Assembly: GCA_964016885.1 (NCBI GenBank)
Contig: OZ024752.1
Location: 50,344,001 to 50,408,000 of the forward strand
Origin: Eledone cirrhosa
Lineage: Eukaryota
Direction of reading: 5' to 3'
Length of the DNA stretch: 64,000 nucleotides
The notes under the pieces were generated by a model that was not told where the DNA came from, did not search any database, and saw only the letters and a program-made list of their open reading frames with translations. The translations under genes and the position numbers were made by a program. How positions within the stretch are numbered: position 1 is the first letter of the stretch; each line of letters opens with the position of its first letter. Below, piece after piece: positions 14,296 through 27,304 of the stretch.

Positions 14296-15239
14296 ACAAA
14301 ATATACTAATATAAATGAGTCAAATAATAGTAGAAATACAACCCCCTGTACCAGAAAAAACTAAACCAAAATGTTCTTACATTCCTCTAACGTGGTAGAT
14401 ATTCAGATCTAAATATCAAAAATTGATAAGTTAAGGTTCCATGTGTCCTGTTTAGAATAAGTACACTGTATCCTAGCATGTTTTAAGAGGTAAATAAAAG
14501 GGTTGGTGCGAAGAACGGCATCTGGTCATAAAACATAGCTTCAAACAGAACCCCCAAGATATATATGAAGCCTTCATAGAACCCACAAAACTTATCTCAG
14601 CTTTAGCAGGGGGAAATGGCTTTAAAATACTTGCTGTTGCTGTTGCATAAGTTGTTAGCCTTTGTCTTTTTACTATATACCAACTCTTCTCATTAACTTA
14701 ATTCCATTTGATTTAAATGAGAAAATCTCATCTCCTGGCCAAAATTACTGCCACAATTTACTGTCACAAAATTACATATATCAACAGATAAAGAAAAATA
14801 ACTTTCTAATGATGCATAACATGTAGCCAATATGATGTAATCCATGAGTCATGTCTGAAAGCATTTGAGGACAAAAGGAGCTCATTCAGAAGATCAATTC
14901 ATTGAAAAATATCAGGTGTTTTAAATCTCATTATGGATTTAAATCATGTAGCTCATCAGCAATATAAAACTTGTCTTAATGAGAAAAATCTTAATACATT
15001 TCACAGTGAAATACATAAATCCTATAAAACTGTCAAGAAGTGTATTAATGGTTATAGGATAAAACTGTGTAAGAAGTCTGAGAAGGGCTAAAGATATTAT
15101 GACAGTATGAGTTATCACAGAGATGATAGGAGATATTCAAAAAATTACTGTTCCTTTCAAAATCTGTTTCATCAACAGATCAAAAGAGAAGTTTAAGCGA
15201 AAACAATATCACAGCTCATCATTATTTTTAAATATTTCA

Positions 15240-15425
15240 ACTTCTTTTCCTTCTTCACCCACTTATTCCTGGGAGGGTCCTGCCAGAAGTAACTATCTCC
15301 AATTGATCCGGCTGGATCCCCAGCTGAACTCATGGATGTTATCCCATCATCTTGCTCATGGTCTATCTCGGAGTCTCCTGTCAATTGGTTTTGCTTGTAA
15401 AATCTGTCCAGTCGTTCTTTCCTGA
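15240..15425 (-). mobile_element. Degenerate 3' end of an Expander/Rex3-like RTE LINE
   Basis: Reverse-complement homology to 39395-39640. Confidence 0.7.
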
Positions 15426-15929
15426 GAGATATTTTATTTTGTTTATATTTTATGATTTTACGAATTTCTTAAACTATTACAAGATATTAAAAATATTAAA
15501 CTTTTATTGAAAAATGTACAAGTATGAGTTTCTTCAACAGTAAGAATCTTCATCATCTTAAACACCTACAAACAGTACTCAATAAAGATAAAACCACAAA
15601 AACAGCTTCAGCATTTGGTAATCAAAAGAAAGGAGGTAGGTGTAAAAGTCAAACTTGCTGTCTTGTATTTGTCTCGGTATTTGTGCCAACCCTTACCTAT
15701 GGTCATGAATCTAAACTGGTACTTTATTAATCAACCTTAAAATCGACCTCAATGGGATTTGAAATCAGAGAGTAGGATGCCGAAATAAATACCTCAAAGC
15801 ATTCTTTTTGATATTCTAATGACTTTGCCAATTCTTTACCTAAATATTATTTAGCTTACCCCAAATATAGTTAAATAACTAGTAAATATAATTTCCTAGT
15901 GGATATTCCCATTTATCAAAGTTTTGATT

Positions 15930-16383
15930 TTTGAACCCTTTTTATACAAGCTGCCTGAAATCACCCCTGGTTTTATGATACAAAATTGTTTCAAAATGTT
16001 TATAGTTTATCTAAAAACTCTCAAATAATTTTATCTAAGAAACTTTGTTGGGTTTCAAACACCAACTTAACACTTTAGCAATTGCATTACTCTATATTTA
16101 CTTTTGTATTTTCATGGTAAAGGCTTTACCTCAGATAATATCGAATCTACAAGATTTTAATATTTATTTTGAGAACAATACCATAACATCAGTATGAGTG
16201 GCCGGTTTGAACAGAAAGAGATGAGAGAGTTCTGCCCGGATGTGGCTAGTTTAAATGTTAAAGGGTTAAAGATAGAAAATTTAATTATATTACTAAATCC
16301 CTACAAATTCTTGATTATTTACAAAATTAAGCAAAAATCATTGGAAGTGTATTTCATTTGAAATATGGCAATGAAAGGATTAA
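15930..16383. mobile_element. Older piggyBac-like MITE-2 with MITE-1 inserted at a TTAA (16067-16269)
   Basis: The inner element is flanked by TTAA at both ends; the outer end aaatatggcaatgaaagga-TTAA matches the terminus at 29842. Confidence 0.75.
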
Positions 16384-16687
16384 TGTTTAAAAATATTGTC
16401 TGTTCAACTATTTTTATTATTTGTTTATTTTTTAGTTAAACCAAATCATGATTATTAAAAATAAAGTAGACATTTTTATGTGAGAAAGTATCTATGATGT
16501 CAGAAGTCAATTATGATGTCAGATGTCATTGATGATGTTTATGAAAATTTGCAGAAGACATTTTAGGGCTTTTTTGCCCAGAAAAACTGGAATAATGGAC
16601 AAATAACAAGCCTGTTCGAGGGGGTTAAATTTCCAATAGAACCACAAATAATATTACTGGCTCCTTATACTAAATAATACTAAAAAG

Positions 16688-17287
16688 ATGGCACTTAAAG
16701 ATGAAATATGGTGTCAGAAAATGACAACAGCCATCTATACCTTAATTTCAAAACCAGTTAATATTGAACAAAATAATTCCAGCACAAAAACAATAGGCCG
16801 TGCTTATACATTGCCATTGTATGATGATGATGATGATGATGATGATGAACCTTTTTCTTACAACAATGCCCCATCCACCCATACGTGTGAAGAAGAGACT
16901 GTTACAATAAAGAAAAAAGGTGAAGGTAAGCAAAAAAAAAAGAATATGAAATTAAAAACCCAAATATTCAAATTTACAGTTGTGAGAATCTCCAAGGGTG
17001 GTTTACTGACTATGTTGTATAATTTGGAAGAAATAAACCCACCTAATATGTGGATAGGCAAAGAAATGGGTGACTTGTACCAACAGCCCCTAGGGGACAG
17101 GCTATTAATTTTTGCATCACAGAACATATATGAAAGGTTAAAATACTTTTATCCTGAAGATGTGGGGCCATTTATAGATATTCCCAATGAAAATTTGCTT
17201 TTTGGTAAATTTGGCGATTCTCGGGAAGATTATCAAAACTATTGGAAAAATAAATACAAGAATGTAAAGTTAGTCTCATACAAGTAA
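16688..17287 (+). CDS. Intronless orphan ORF, 199 aa, function unknown
   Basis: ATG to stop in mostly non-repetitive AT-rich DNA; globular-looking aromatic-rich C-terminal half; AATAAA about 33 nt after the stop. No family recognised. Confidence 0.45.
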   Translation: MALKDEIWCQKMTTAIYTLISKPVNIEQNNSSTKTIGRAYTLPLYDDDDDDDDEPFSYNNAPSTHTCEEETVTIKKKGEGKQKKKNMKLKTQIFKFTVVRISKGGLLTMLYNLEEINPPNMWIGKEMGDLYQQPLGDRLLIFASQNIYERLKYFYPEDVGPFIDIPNENLLFGKFGDSREDYQNYWKNKYKNVKLVSYK

Positions 17288-17558
17288 CCTACATTGAAAG
17301 TTTTGCCTATTTTACTATGTAATAAATATAAATTGATATAAATTAATTGCAGTATTTAGTTATGTCATTTTATGCTCCATTTCCTTCTATTCTTCTTGAG
17401 TAAAAAAATGTATATGAATAAGTATTAGTCAAACACTGGATTGATTTTAATCTCCTGTAACTTCGTCTAATGAGTGTGAACTATGGTAAAAATTGTTGTT
17501 TAGTCACTGATCACCTCATTGCAGCCATAACCACCCTACCTATATGTTTTCCCCAGAC

Positions 17559-17738
17559 ATAATTGTTTCTACTTTAGGCACAAGGCCAGCAATTACCCAG
17601 TGCATTACTGGTGCTTTATTTTATCGACCCCATAAGGATGAAAGGCAAAGTCAACCTCGGCGGGATTTGAACTCAGATCGTAAAGGGACGTAACTACGCT
17701 GGAAAGCATGGCGTCCGACCCTCTACCGATACTGCCAA
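17559..17738 (-). mobile_element. SINE A
   Basis: Family homology. Confidence 0.9.
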
Positions 17739-17742
17739 ATGG

Positions 17743-18001
17743 TTTCATTTATTTATTGGCGACGTGTAAACAATATAAATAACGATAACAAAATAACAAT
17801 AAAAATACAATGAAAATTCCCCAATAGGGGGGATGACCACCCAGAGTTCACTCAGGTACCCCACCAATCCTGAACCACCCAACGCTTCGAGAGCACCCGG
17901 GAAGGGCACCCTTCTCCTCCTCAAATTCACCCACCTACAGGTGCATGATCAGTGTAGGCCCACTCACACAGGCCATTCTCGCCACATTCACCCACCTTTC
18001 A
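17743..18001 (-). mobile_element. Tx1-like LINE 3' end
   Basis: Reverse complement gaaaggtgggtgaatgtggcgagaatggcc...cccctattgggg matches 32576-32760 and 60670-60853. Confidence 0.8.
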
Positions 18002-18004
18002 GCA

Positions 18005-18215
18005 AATAATGTTTCTACTTTAGGCACAAGGCCAACAATTACCCCAGTGCATTACTGGTGCTTTATTTTATCGACCCCATAAGGATGAAAGGGAAAGGTT
18101 ACCTCGGCGGGAATTGAACTCAGAACATAAAGGGCCATAACTCTATGCTTTAAAATATGGTGTCTGACACTCTACTGGTGCTGCAAAACCACCACCCTCT
18201 ACCAATACTGCCAAT
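18005..18215 (-). mobile_element. SINE A
   Basis: Family homology. Confidence 0.85.
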
Positions 18216-18635
18216 ATCAGTGAGAACAATAAGGATTTCTTTATGCCTTTAGGCAAGGAACTTTATACCTGTTGATTCTGTCAACCTAGCTTAAGTTACT
18301 AAAAGAAAGTTTCAATGAAGATAACATTTAAATATCTTCAGTTATTGATTTATTATCAGAGCAATTCAATCCAACTCCCATCCCCTCTTCCTCTATTAAC
18401 CACTTCTCTTCACATCACTTTTACATTACCACATATCTCAGACATCCCCGTTCCATCTTGACTATATACTAACTCCAGTTCTCACTCCCAAATACATCGC
18501 CTTGGAACAAAGAACAAGGCAACCTCTCTTGTACTTCACATTACTTTTACATTACCACATGTTCCGTACATCCTCGTTCCATCTTAACTACACCCCTACC
18601 TACTTCTATTCTCACTTCACTATCTCAACTACAAA

Positions 18636-18808
18636 TACTGTATTTCCTGACACCAAAGACACTTTGTCCTCGAGGATGGACTCAAATTTTGACAACCAAA
18701 AATTTGAAAAAAATAATAAACAACCTTCGGCTTCCAGGACGCATGATAGATTTTTTAAACTTATTTTAGGAAAAAAAAGTAGCGCCTTCGACGCTGGGGA
18801 ATATGGTA
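18636..18808. mobile_element. pogo/Tigger-like MITE, second copy
   Basis: Inverted homologue of 8763-8919; TA at both ends. Confidence 0.75.
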
Positions 18809-18992
18809 ATTCTTTTTTTAACAATTAAAAAAAATGTGTATTTTATATATATATATATATATATGCAGAGGTTATATTTAATTTGTTCAACAAGTTTAAA
18901 CATTTTTATAACTGATATAAAGCACTCAACAAGTTAGTGGAGTAAATACACAATATATTAATAAATGGAAACTATATTTATAAAACCATATT

Positions 18993-19058
18993 TATTTTAT
19001 TATACATATTTCAAGGGCAACCAAGGCAAATTATGGTGCGCTTTCATCAGATAAAATA
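18993..19058 (-). ncRNA. Type I hammerhead ribozyme motif
   Basis: TATTTTAT-CTGATGA-AAGCGCACCA..TGGTTGCCCTT-GAAA-TATGTATA-ATAAAATA; 8-bp stem I. Confidence 0.75.
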
Positions 19059-19228
19059 CAGATTTGTTTTATAAATAAATATTGACATACCCAGACACTC
19101 ATTTGCATACTCACTCATATCTTTATATTACCCTCAATTAATGTACTATCTCTACTATCCAGGAAGCTCCAACCGTTAAGGTTGTTTTTTTTTCGGGTAT
19201 GTCAATATTTATTTATAAAACAAATATG

Positions 19229-19294
19229 TATTTTATCTGATGAAAGCACACCATAATTTGCCTTGGTTGCCTTTGAAATATGTATAATAAAATA
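19229..19294 (+). ncRNA. Type I hammerhead ribozyme motif (mirror copy)
   Basis: TATTTTAT-CTGATGA-AAGCACACCA..TGGTTGCCTTT-GAAA-TATGTATA-ATAAAATA. Confidence 0.72.
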
Positions 19295-19389
19295 AATATG
19301 GTTTTATAAATATAGTTTCCATTTATTAATATATTGTATATATATATATATATCATCATCCTCATCTTCCGTCCCCTTTTCCCTGCTTA

Positions 19390-19734
19390 TATATCATCAT
19401 CATCACCGTTTTACGTCTGTTCTTCCATGCTAGCATGGGTTAGACGGGTTGTCCTGTTGTGGGCAGTGTCCGGTTGGCTGACCTTGTCTTGCTCATACAG
19501 GAACTGATCTGGCTTGATTTCTACAGCTGGATGCCCTTCCTAACACCAACCTCATTTACAGTGCGTGCTGGGTGCTTTTTTGCCGTGGCGCCTCCACAAG
19601 CACTTTGCAGTGGGGGTGGGGGCATATTGTCTATATGCTTCAGCTTTGGCTTGTACCCATGGGAGGTCAGGTCTTGTGTATTACTGTGTGACGCCAGAGG
19701 TCACGGACATGTGTCATCGCCTTTGAGAGGTGCA

Positions 19735-19776
<42 letters not shown>

Positions 19777-20112
19777 CATCATCATCATCATCAACACCGT
19801 TTTACGTCTGTCCTTCCATGCTAGCATGGGTTAGACGGGTTGTCCTGTTGTGTGCAGTGTCCGGTCGGCTGACCATGCCTTGCTCATACAGGAACTGATC
19901 TGGCTTGATTTCTACAGCTGGATGCCCTTCCTAACACCAACCTCATTTACAGTGAGTGCTGGGTGCTTTTTCGTGGTGCCTACACGTCCACTTTACAGTG
20001 TGGGCTGGGTGCTTTTTTGCCGTGGCACCTCCACGACCACCTTGCAGTGGGGGGTGTGGGGGCATATTGTTTATATGCTTCAGCATGTACCCATGGGAGG
20101 TCGGGTACTCTG
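19390..20112 (-). mobile_element. Two tandem SINE B-related elements with RTE-type (GAT)n tails
   Basis: Duplicated catcaccgttttacgtctg..ttccatgctagcatgggttagacggg...ggatgcccttcctaacacc. Confidence 0.8.
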
Positions 20113-20259
20113 TATATATATATATATATATATAACATATATATATATAATATATATATATAATAATATATATATATAATATATATATATAATAATATAT
20201 ATATTATATATTATATATATATATATATATAATATATATATATAATAATATATATATTA

Positions 20260-20305
<46 letters not shown>

Positions 20306-21129
20306 CATATATATATATAATATATATATATAATAATATATGTATATTATATATATATATATATGAGTATGAAGATATATACTGTAAATGAGGAGGAAGA
20401 GCTTAAAACTTCTCTGGGTTTAGAATTTATAGGAAGAAAGATGAAAGGGGGAGAGAGGCAGAGAAGGTGGGGGGGGCAGAGAAGGGGGGGGGGGGGGGGG
20501 AAGAAGAGACAAAATAGGTAAACAATAGCTTAAAGGCTTCTCTCTTTAAGTGTAGGATAGAGAAGAGAGGAGAGCAAGGTAGAGTGGGGAGAGGGTGGAA
20601 CAAACATAGAGAGGGTGAGAGAGAGAGTAGAGAGAGAGAGACAAACATAGAGAGAGAGAGGAGGAGAAAGAGAGTGAGGCATACAAATATATAGAGAGAG
20701 GGAGAGTAAGAAAGAGAAAGAGAGGGGGAGACATAGAGAGAGAGAGGAGAAAGAGAGTGAGGCAGACTAATATATATAGAGAGAGAGGGAGAGTAAGAGA
20801 GGGGGAGACATAGAGAGAGAGAGAAGGAGAAAGAGAGTGAGGCAGAAGGAGAAAGAGAGTGAGGCAGACTAATATATATATAGAGAGAGAGGGAGAGTAA
20901 GAGAGAGAAAGAGAGGTGGAGAAAAGAAGAGGAGAGCAAGGAAAAGAGAGGTGGAGGGAGGAGAGAAGAAGAGAAGTGAGAGCAAGGTAAAGGAAGAGAT
21001 AGAGAGAGGGTGGAGGAGAGAAAACAAACAGAGATAGAGAAAGATAGAGATAGAGAAAGATAGAGATAGGGAGAGAGAGAGAGAGAGGGGGAGAGAGAGA
21101 TAGGTAGAGAGAGAGAGAGAAAGGGAGAT

Positions 21130-21192
<63 letters not shown>

Positions 21193-21288
21193 TAGAGATA
21201 GATAGATAGGTAGAGAGAGAGAAAGATAAAGACAGATAGATAGGTAGAGAGAGAGAGAGATAGGAAATATATATATATAGAGAAAGAT

Positions 21289-21357
<69 letters not shown>

Positions 21358-21360
21358 TAA
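20110..21360. repeat. (TA)n followed by a long (GA)-rich polypurine tract
   Basis: Read directly; internal duplications such as ggagaaagagagtgaggcagactaat. Confidence 0.9.
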
Positions 21361-21953
21361 AGAGGGAAGTAAACAGTTTGGTGTTGTGTGAGAGGAAAAA
21401 TGAAAACCTATTTAATATCTTGGTAAGAAGAGTAAACAAGAAAAAGCTTCTTCTTTAGTGTGAACAACATTCAACAGCCCAGAAATTTTTTAAACTAAAC
21501 TAAACTAAACTAAACTAAACTAAAAAAAAAAGGATTTTTTTTTTAAATCATAGAAGAATTCAAGCAGAAAGGGAGATTAAAACTGGCACAAATATCTTCA
21601 CAATTCTCTGACCAGTTGTATTATTTTCAATGTTAGAAGAAGAAAAAGAAAAATAGTAGAAAACCAAAAAGAAAAAAAATAGTAAGAAACCAAAAAAAAA
21701 AATAGTAAGAAACCAAACAAAAAAAAGCAGTAAGAAACCAACAAAAAAAAAACAACAAAACTAGCTGCTGAAGCACAGCTATGATCAATAAAGTGACATG
21801 TGATTGTCTGCTGGCATCAAAATTTCTCATCTTGTTGGTGATAAAAATGGTATTTTATGGTGACATTGCAACTATTCATTTTGCAATAATGTTGTTTACT
21901 AGTGTGTTAGAATAAATAATAATAACAACAATAACAATACTAACAACAACAAC

Positions 21954-22011
<58 letters not shown>

Positions 22012-22439
22012 TTCCATGTTGAAATCAATTGTGAAATAGCAAATATTTTTTTGTCTCTCGTTTTCTTATTTGGTTTTGCTTGGTTTTGGGTTGGTTTTTT
22101 TTTTTTTTTCATAATAATAAAAGGCGTGTAAAAATACACACCATGAATCAAACTGCTTCATATGATTTTTTGTTTGTTTTTTTTTTGTTTTTTTGCGGGG
22201 GGGGGGGGGGGCAATTGAGGAAATGAAGGGTGGTGGTGGTGGTGGTGGTGGTGATGGTGATGGTGGTGGTAGTGGTGGTGATGGTGGAGGTTGGAGGGGA
22301 GATTCTTTCTGCATAGCTGCTTGACCTGATCAGTGTAGCAGCCAAATCTTTCCCTAGGATAAATCATACTCTTAACGTCTTTAAAAGTTGAAGAACATAT
22401 CGCTATAAGTCTTAGCATGCCTCACACAAATGTAGGGCT

Positions 22440-22930
22440 GAATAATCATCATTACCATCATCATCATCATCATCATCACCACCATCATCATCATCATCGC
22501 CACCATCATCACTGCTACCACCATCACCATCATCACCATCACCACCATCACCATCACCACCACCATCAGCACTGCCGCCGCCACCATCATCATCACCACC
22601 ATCATCACCATCATCACTGCCACCACCACCATCATCATCATCATCACTGCCACCACCACCATCATCACCATCATCACCATCATCGCCACCATCATTACTG
22701 CCACCACCACCATCATCATCATCACCATCATCACCATCATCACCACCATCATCATCACTGCCACCACCACAATCATCATCATCATCACCACCACCACCAT
22801 CACCATCATCACCACCACCATCATCATCACCACCACCACCATCACCGCCACCACCCATCACCACCATCCTATTACCCCTGCTTTCCATGCTGGCATGGGT
22901 TAGATGGGTTTGGCACAGTTTGGGACTAGA
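22440..22930 (-). repeat. (CAT/CAC)n expansion forming the tail of an RTE-type retroposon end
   Basis: Abuts ctttccatgctggcatgggttagatggg, the family tail motif. Confidence 0.8.
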
Positions 22931-23409
22931 TAGTTTGGAGAGGCCTCGTCTCGCACTCACCTTCCATATTTGGTTTCGTTCCCTAACCTAAACACCAATC
23001 AAACACCTTACAGAAAAAAGAGGGGCAAAAGAAGACATGAGGTGCAACACTCAATTGCACGCTACCGCAAGGACTGCTCGGTTGGTCTCTATGGATTTCT
23101 GGGGGGGGAGGGGGGGGGGGGGCAAACCAAGGCATGCATGACATTGTTGCTGGTGATAGTCCTGCTAAGATGCTACAACAGCCATCTACACTCGTGGTAT
23201 TGCCGCACATGATACTTCAGCAAGGCAAGCCTTCAATAAATGACGCACAACACCTCGTTCTGAGTGACCTGGCTGCATCTCAAATGTAACAGGTAAATCC
23301 AGGTGAGTTAGCATAGTCATAGTTTTAGAATAAGGTTGACAGATGCTTCACCTCAATCACAGCATCTGCAGAATAATATGAACTGCAATGAAACTATTTG
23401 TACAGCTCA

Positions 23410-24800
23410 CACCTAAGTAGGTTTAGCTGGTCTCCTATGAAGTTGTATTCGATATGAGGTTTCTCAGGTGTTTCAATGATATGGGCCACCTAAGTAGGTT
23501 TAGCTGGTCTCCTATGAAGTTGTATTCAATATGAGGTTTCTCAGGTGTTTCAATGATATGGGCCACCTAAGTAGGTTTAGCTGGTCTCCTATGAAGTTGT
23601 ATTCAATATGAGGTTTCTCAGGTGTTTCAATGATATGGGCCACCTAAGTAGGTTTAGCTGGTCTCCTATGAAGTTGTATTCGATATGAGGTTTCTCAGGT
23701 GTTTCAATGATATGGGCCACCTAAGTAGGTTTAGCTGGTCTCCTATGAAGTTGTATTCGATATGAGGTTTCTCAGGTGTTTCAATGATATGGGCCACCTA
23801 AGTAGGTTTAGTTGGTCTCCTATGAAGTTGTATTCGATATGAGGTTTCTCAGGTGTTTCAATGATATGGGCCACCTAAGTAGGTTTAGCTGGTCTCCTAT
23901 GAAGTTGTATTCGATATGAGGTTTCTCAGGTGTTTCAATGATATGGGCCACCTAAGTAGGTTTAGTTGGCCTCCTATGAAGTTGTATTCGATATGAGGTT
24001 TCTCAGGTGTTTCAATGATATGGGCCACCTAAGTAGGTTTAGCTGGTCTCCTATGAAGTTGTATTCGATATGAGGTTTCTCAGGTGTTTCAATGATATGG
24101 GCCACCTAAGTAGGTTTAGCTGGTCTCCTATGATGTTGTGTCTCGTGAGTTTTGCCAGATGTTTCAAGGATATGGGCCACAATCATACCTTGTTGTGGTT
24201 ATTACAGCTCACACCTAAGTAGGTTTAGCTGGTCTCCTATGATGTTGTGTCTCGTGAGTTTTGCCAGATGTTTCAAGGATATGGGCCACAATCATACCTT
24301 GTTGTGGTTATTACAGCTCACACCTAAGTAGGTTTAGCTGGTCTCCTATGATGTTGTGTCTCGTGAGTTTTGCCAGATGTTTCAAGGATATGGGCCACAA
24401 TCATACCTTGTTGTGGTTATTACAGCTCACACCTAAGTAGGTTTAGCTGGTCTCCTATGATGTTGTGTCTCGTGAGTTTTGCCAGATGTTTCAAGGATAT
24501 GGGCCACAATCATACCTTGTTGTGGTTATTACAGCTCACACCTAAGTAGGTTTAGCTGGTCTCCTATGATGTTGTGTCTCGTGAGTTTTGCCAGATGTTT
24601 CAAGGATATGGGCCACAATCATACCTTGTTGTGGTTATTACAGCTCACACCTAAGTAGGTTTAGCTGGTCTCCTATGAAGTTGTATCTCATATGAGGTTT
24701 CTCAGGTGTTTTAATGATATAGATCTCAGTCACATCATGCTGTGGTTGTTACAGCTCGCACCTGTGTAGGTTTAGCTGGCCTCCTATGAGGCTGTATCTC
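23410..24800. repeat. Two-phase satellite: 9 x 77 bp then 5 x 109 bp, plus diverged terminal units
   Basis: The 30-mer cacctaagtaggtttagctggtctcctatg recurs at 23410+77n up to 24103, then at +109n up to 24648. Confidence 0.95.
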
Positions 24801-25209
24801 ATCAATCATATCATATCATGTGAAGCAACATGAAATAAAGAATTTAACCAAAGAGCACCCATTATTCTACAGATTCAGGAATTGAAACTATGACCCTATC
24901 ATCCCCTCCCCAACAGCCCCACTATACAAGGTCATGTGCTTTCATGGGAAGAATACCGTATACAATTGATATATTTTTCATTAAGAAATAACAGGAAATG
25001 TATTTCAAATATATCAGATACAGTTAAATTTTAATTTTAATTATTTCCATAAGCTTGTTTACAACATTTTCTTCACAAACTAAAAAGGAAATTATCTGTA
25101 ATAAAAATTTTATTTAAAAAAAAAAAAAATTGCTTTTTACTTTTGTTATATAAATATTACTACCATATATGGCAAAAAAAATAGATAGAAGGAATGTAAG
25201 TGAAAGAAT

Positions 25210-26042
25210 GAGTGTGTGTGTGTGTGTGCATGCATGTGTGTGTTTATTTGCATGCATATGTGTGTGTGTTTATGTGCATATGTGTGTGTGTGCATGCATA
25301 TGTGCGTTATTTGCATGCATGTGTATGCATATATGTGTGTTTATGTGCATGTGTGTTATGTGCATGCATGTGTATGCATATGCATGCATATGCATGTGTG
25401 TTATGTACATGCATATGTGTGTTTATGTGCATGCATGTGTGTTTATTTGCATGCATATGTATGCATATGCATGTGTGTTTATGTGCATGCGTATGTGTTT
25501 ATGTGCATGCATGTGTGTGTTTATTTGCATGCATATGTATATGCATGTGTGTTTATGTGCATGCGTATGTGTGTTTATGTGCATGCATGCGTGTGTTTAT
25601 TTGTATGGTATATGTATGCATATGCATGTGTGTTTATGTGCATGCGTATGTGTGTTTATGTGCATGCACGTGTGTTTATTTGCATGCATATGTATGCATA
25701 TGCATGTGTGTTTATGTGTATGCGTATGTGTGTTTATGTGCATGCACGTGTGTGTTTATTTGCATGCATATGTATGCATATGCATGTGTATTTATGTGCA
25801 TGCGTATGTGTGTTTATGTGCATGCACGTGTGTGTTTATTTGCATGCATATGTATGCATATGCATGTGTGTTTATGTGCATGCATATGTGTGTTTATGTG
25901 CATGCATGAATGTGTTTATTTGCATGCATATGTATGCATATGCATGTGTGTTTATGTGCATGTGTATGTGTGTTTATGTGCATGCATGTGTGTGTTTATT
26001 TCCATGTATGTGTATGCATATGTGTGTGCATGTGTGCATGTG
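25210..26042. repeat. TGCATG/GT-rich minisatellite with an 80-bp higher-order period
   Basis: Same block starts at 25681, 25761, 25841 and 25921. Confidence 0.9.
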
Positions 26043-26869
26043 CAATTTACACTGATTAAAATAATTAGTTTCCTATCTTAACTTCTCTATTGGAATATAA
26101 CAGTATTAGATATATATTATCAAAGGTATCGTCATTTTCTGCTTTAACTATGAATTAAACTATTTATAATGATTTTCAAGCACAAGGCCAGCAATTTTGG
26201 AGGAAGGGGAAGTCAATTGCATTGACCCAGTATATCACTGGTACTTCAAATCTGGTGCCCCAGCATGACCACAATCTAATGATTGAAACCAATAAAAAAA
26301 GATCAATAAAATATGTTCTGGTGTCAATATGATCTGCTAAATCCTTCAAATCTGGTGCCCCAGCATGACCACAATCAAATGAGTGAAACCAGTAAAAGAA
26401 AAGACTAAAAGAATGTATACATAGGCAGAGTAGGTCAACTTTAGCATATTGACAAAGACAACCATCATACAGAGAGGAAATGACACCAAATCTCATTACA
26501 TATTCTTAAGCAATAAACAACATTGAATATTTTCATTGTGATGCAACATCATGTTAAAAGGAAAGATATTCCATTAAATATTGCAAGATATATTCGTTAG
26601 TTATAATGTTAATTAATATCACAAAGTATATTTCTTTAGTTTTAATGTTAATTAAGTTAAGTGACATTTGAAGAAAAATCGCCCAACTGGAAACCAAATA
26701 TTGTTCTTCGTATTTTTTTTTTATTTTTCTAATATTTTTGTTAGTTTGTTTTAAATTTATTTATTTATCTATTGCTATAGGAAGCACATATTTTTCATTT
26801 GCAGTATTTCACTTTCATATACAAAAGTTAACATCAACATATTTCATGAAGAAGAACTACTTTTTAAAG

Positions 26870-27085
26870 ACTTTTGGAACCAAACTGCCCGGAACCAGCT
26901 TTTATTTTACAATAACAAGCTGTATATTTTAAAATATTTATCTAAAACCTTTCCAACATAATTTTATGTAAGAACCTTTGTTATATTCCAAACACCAGAT
27001 AAATAACAAGATTTTTTTTCATTTTCAAAACAATTTGAAAATAATAGGTAAAGTCTCATTAGAAATATGGCAATGAAAGGGCTAC
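26870..27085. mobile_element. Degenerate MITE-2
   Basis: Colinear with the outer element at 15930-16383; ends aaatatggcaatgaaaggg. Confidence 0.6.
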
Positions 27086-27258
27086 AGTGACTATAGGATT
27101 CAAATGACCTGTATGACACTTGAATTTCGACTTTTGTTCAGCAGACATGAAGCTAAACTTTCTTTGGTCATTCCTTTTGTTAGTTTGCACCAAATTTGGT
27201 TGGTAAAAAAAATCAGAAAGATTTCACTTAGGTGACTTGGGCGAACCATTCAAAAAGC

Positions 27259-27304
27259 TTCTAGACCAGTCATGGACCACAGGTTGCCCATGACTGGTCT
27301 GGAA
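27259..27304. mobile_element. Minimal hAT (Charlie-like) remnant hairpin
   Basis: cagtcatgg...ccatgactg inverted ends flanked by ttctagac and gtctggaa, which resemble the NTCTAGAN target. Confidence 0.5.

Larger units (their letters stand above)
18950..19337. mobile_element. Foldback with about 143-bp arms, probably inverted Penelope-like termini
   Basis: Arms 18950-19092 and 19195-19337 are near-perfect reverse complements; each carries a hammerhead motif. Confidence 0.75.

Noticed and set aside
23410-24800. CRISPR-like array with a constant 30-bp repeat
   Set aside because: The intervening sequences are identical to each other rather than unique spacers, there are no cas genes, and the context is eukaryotic.
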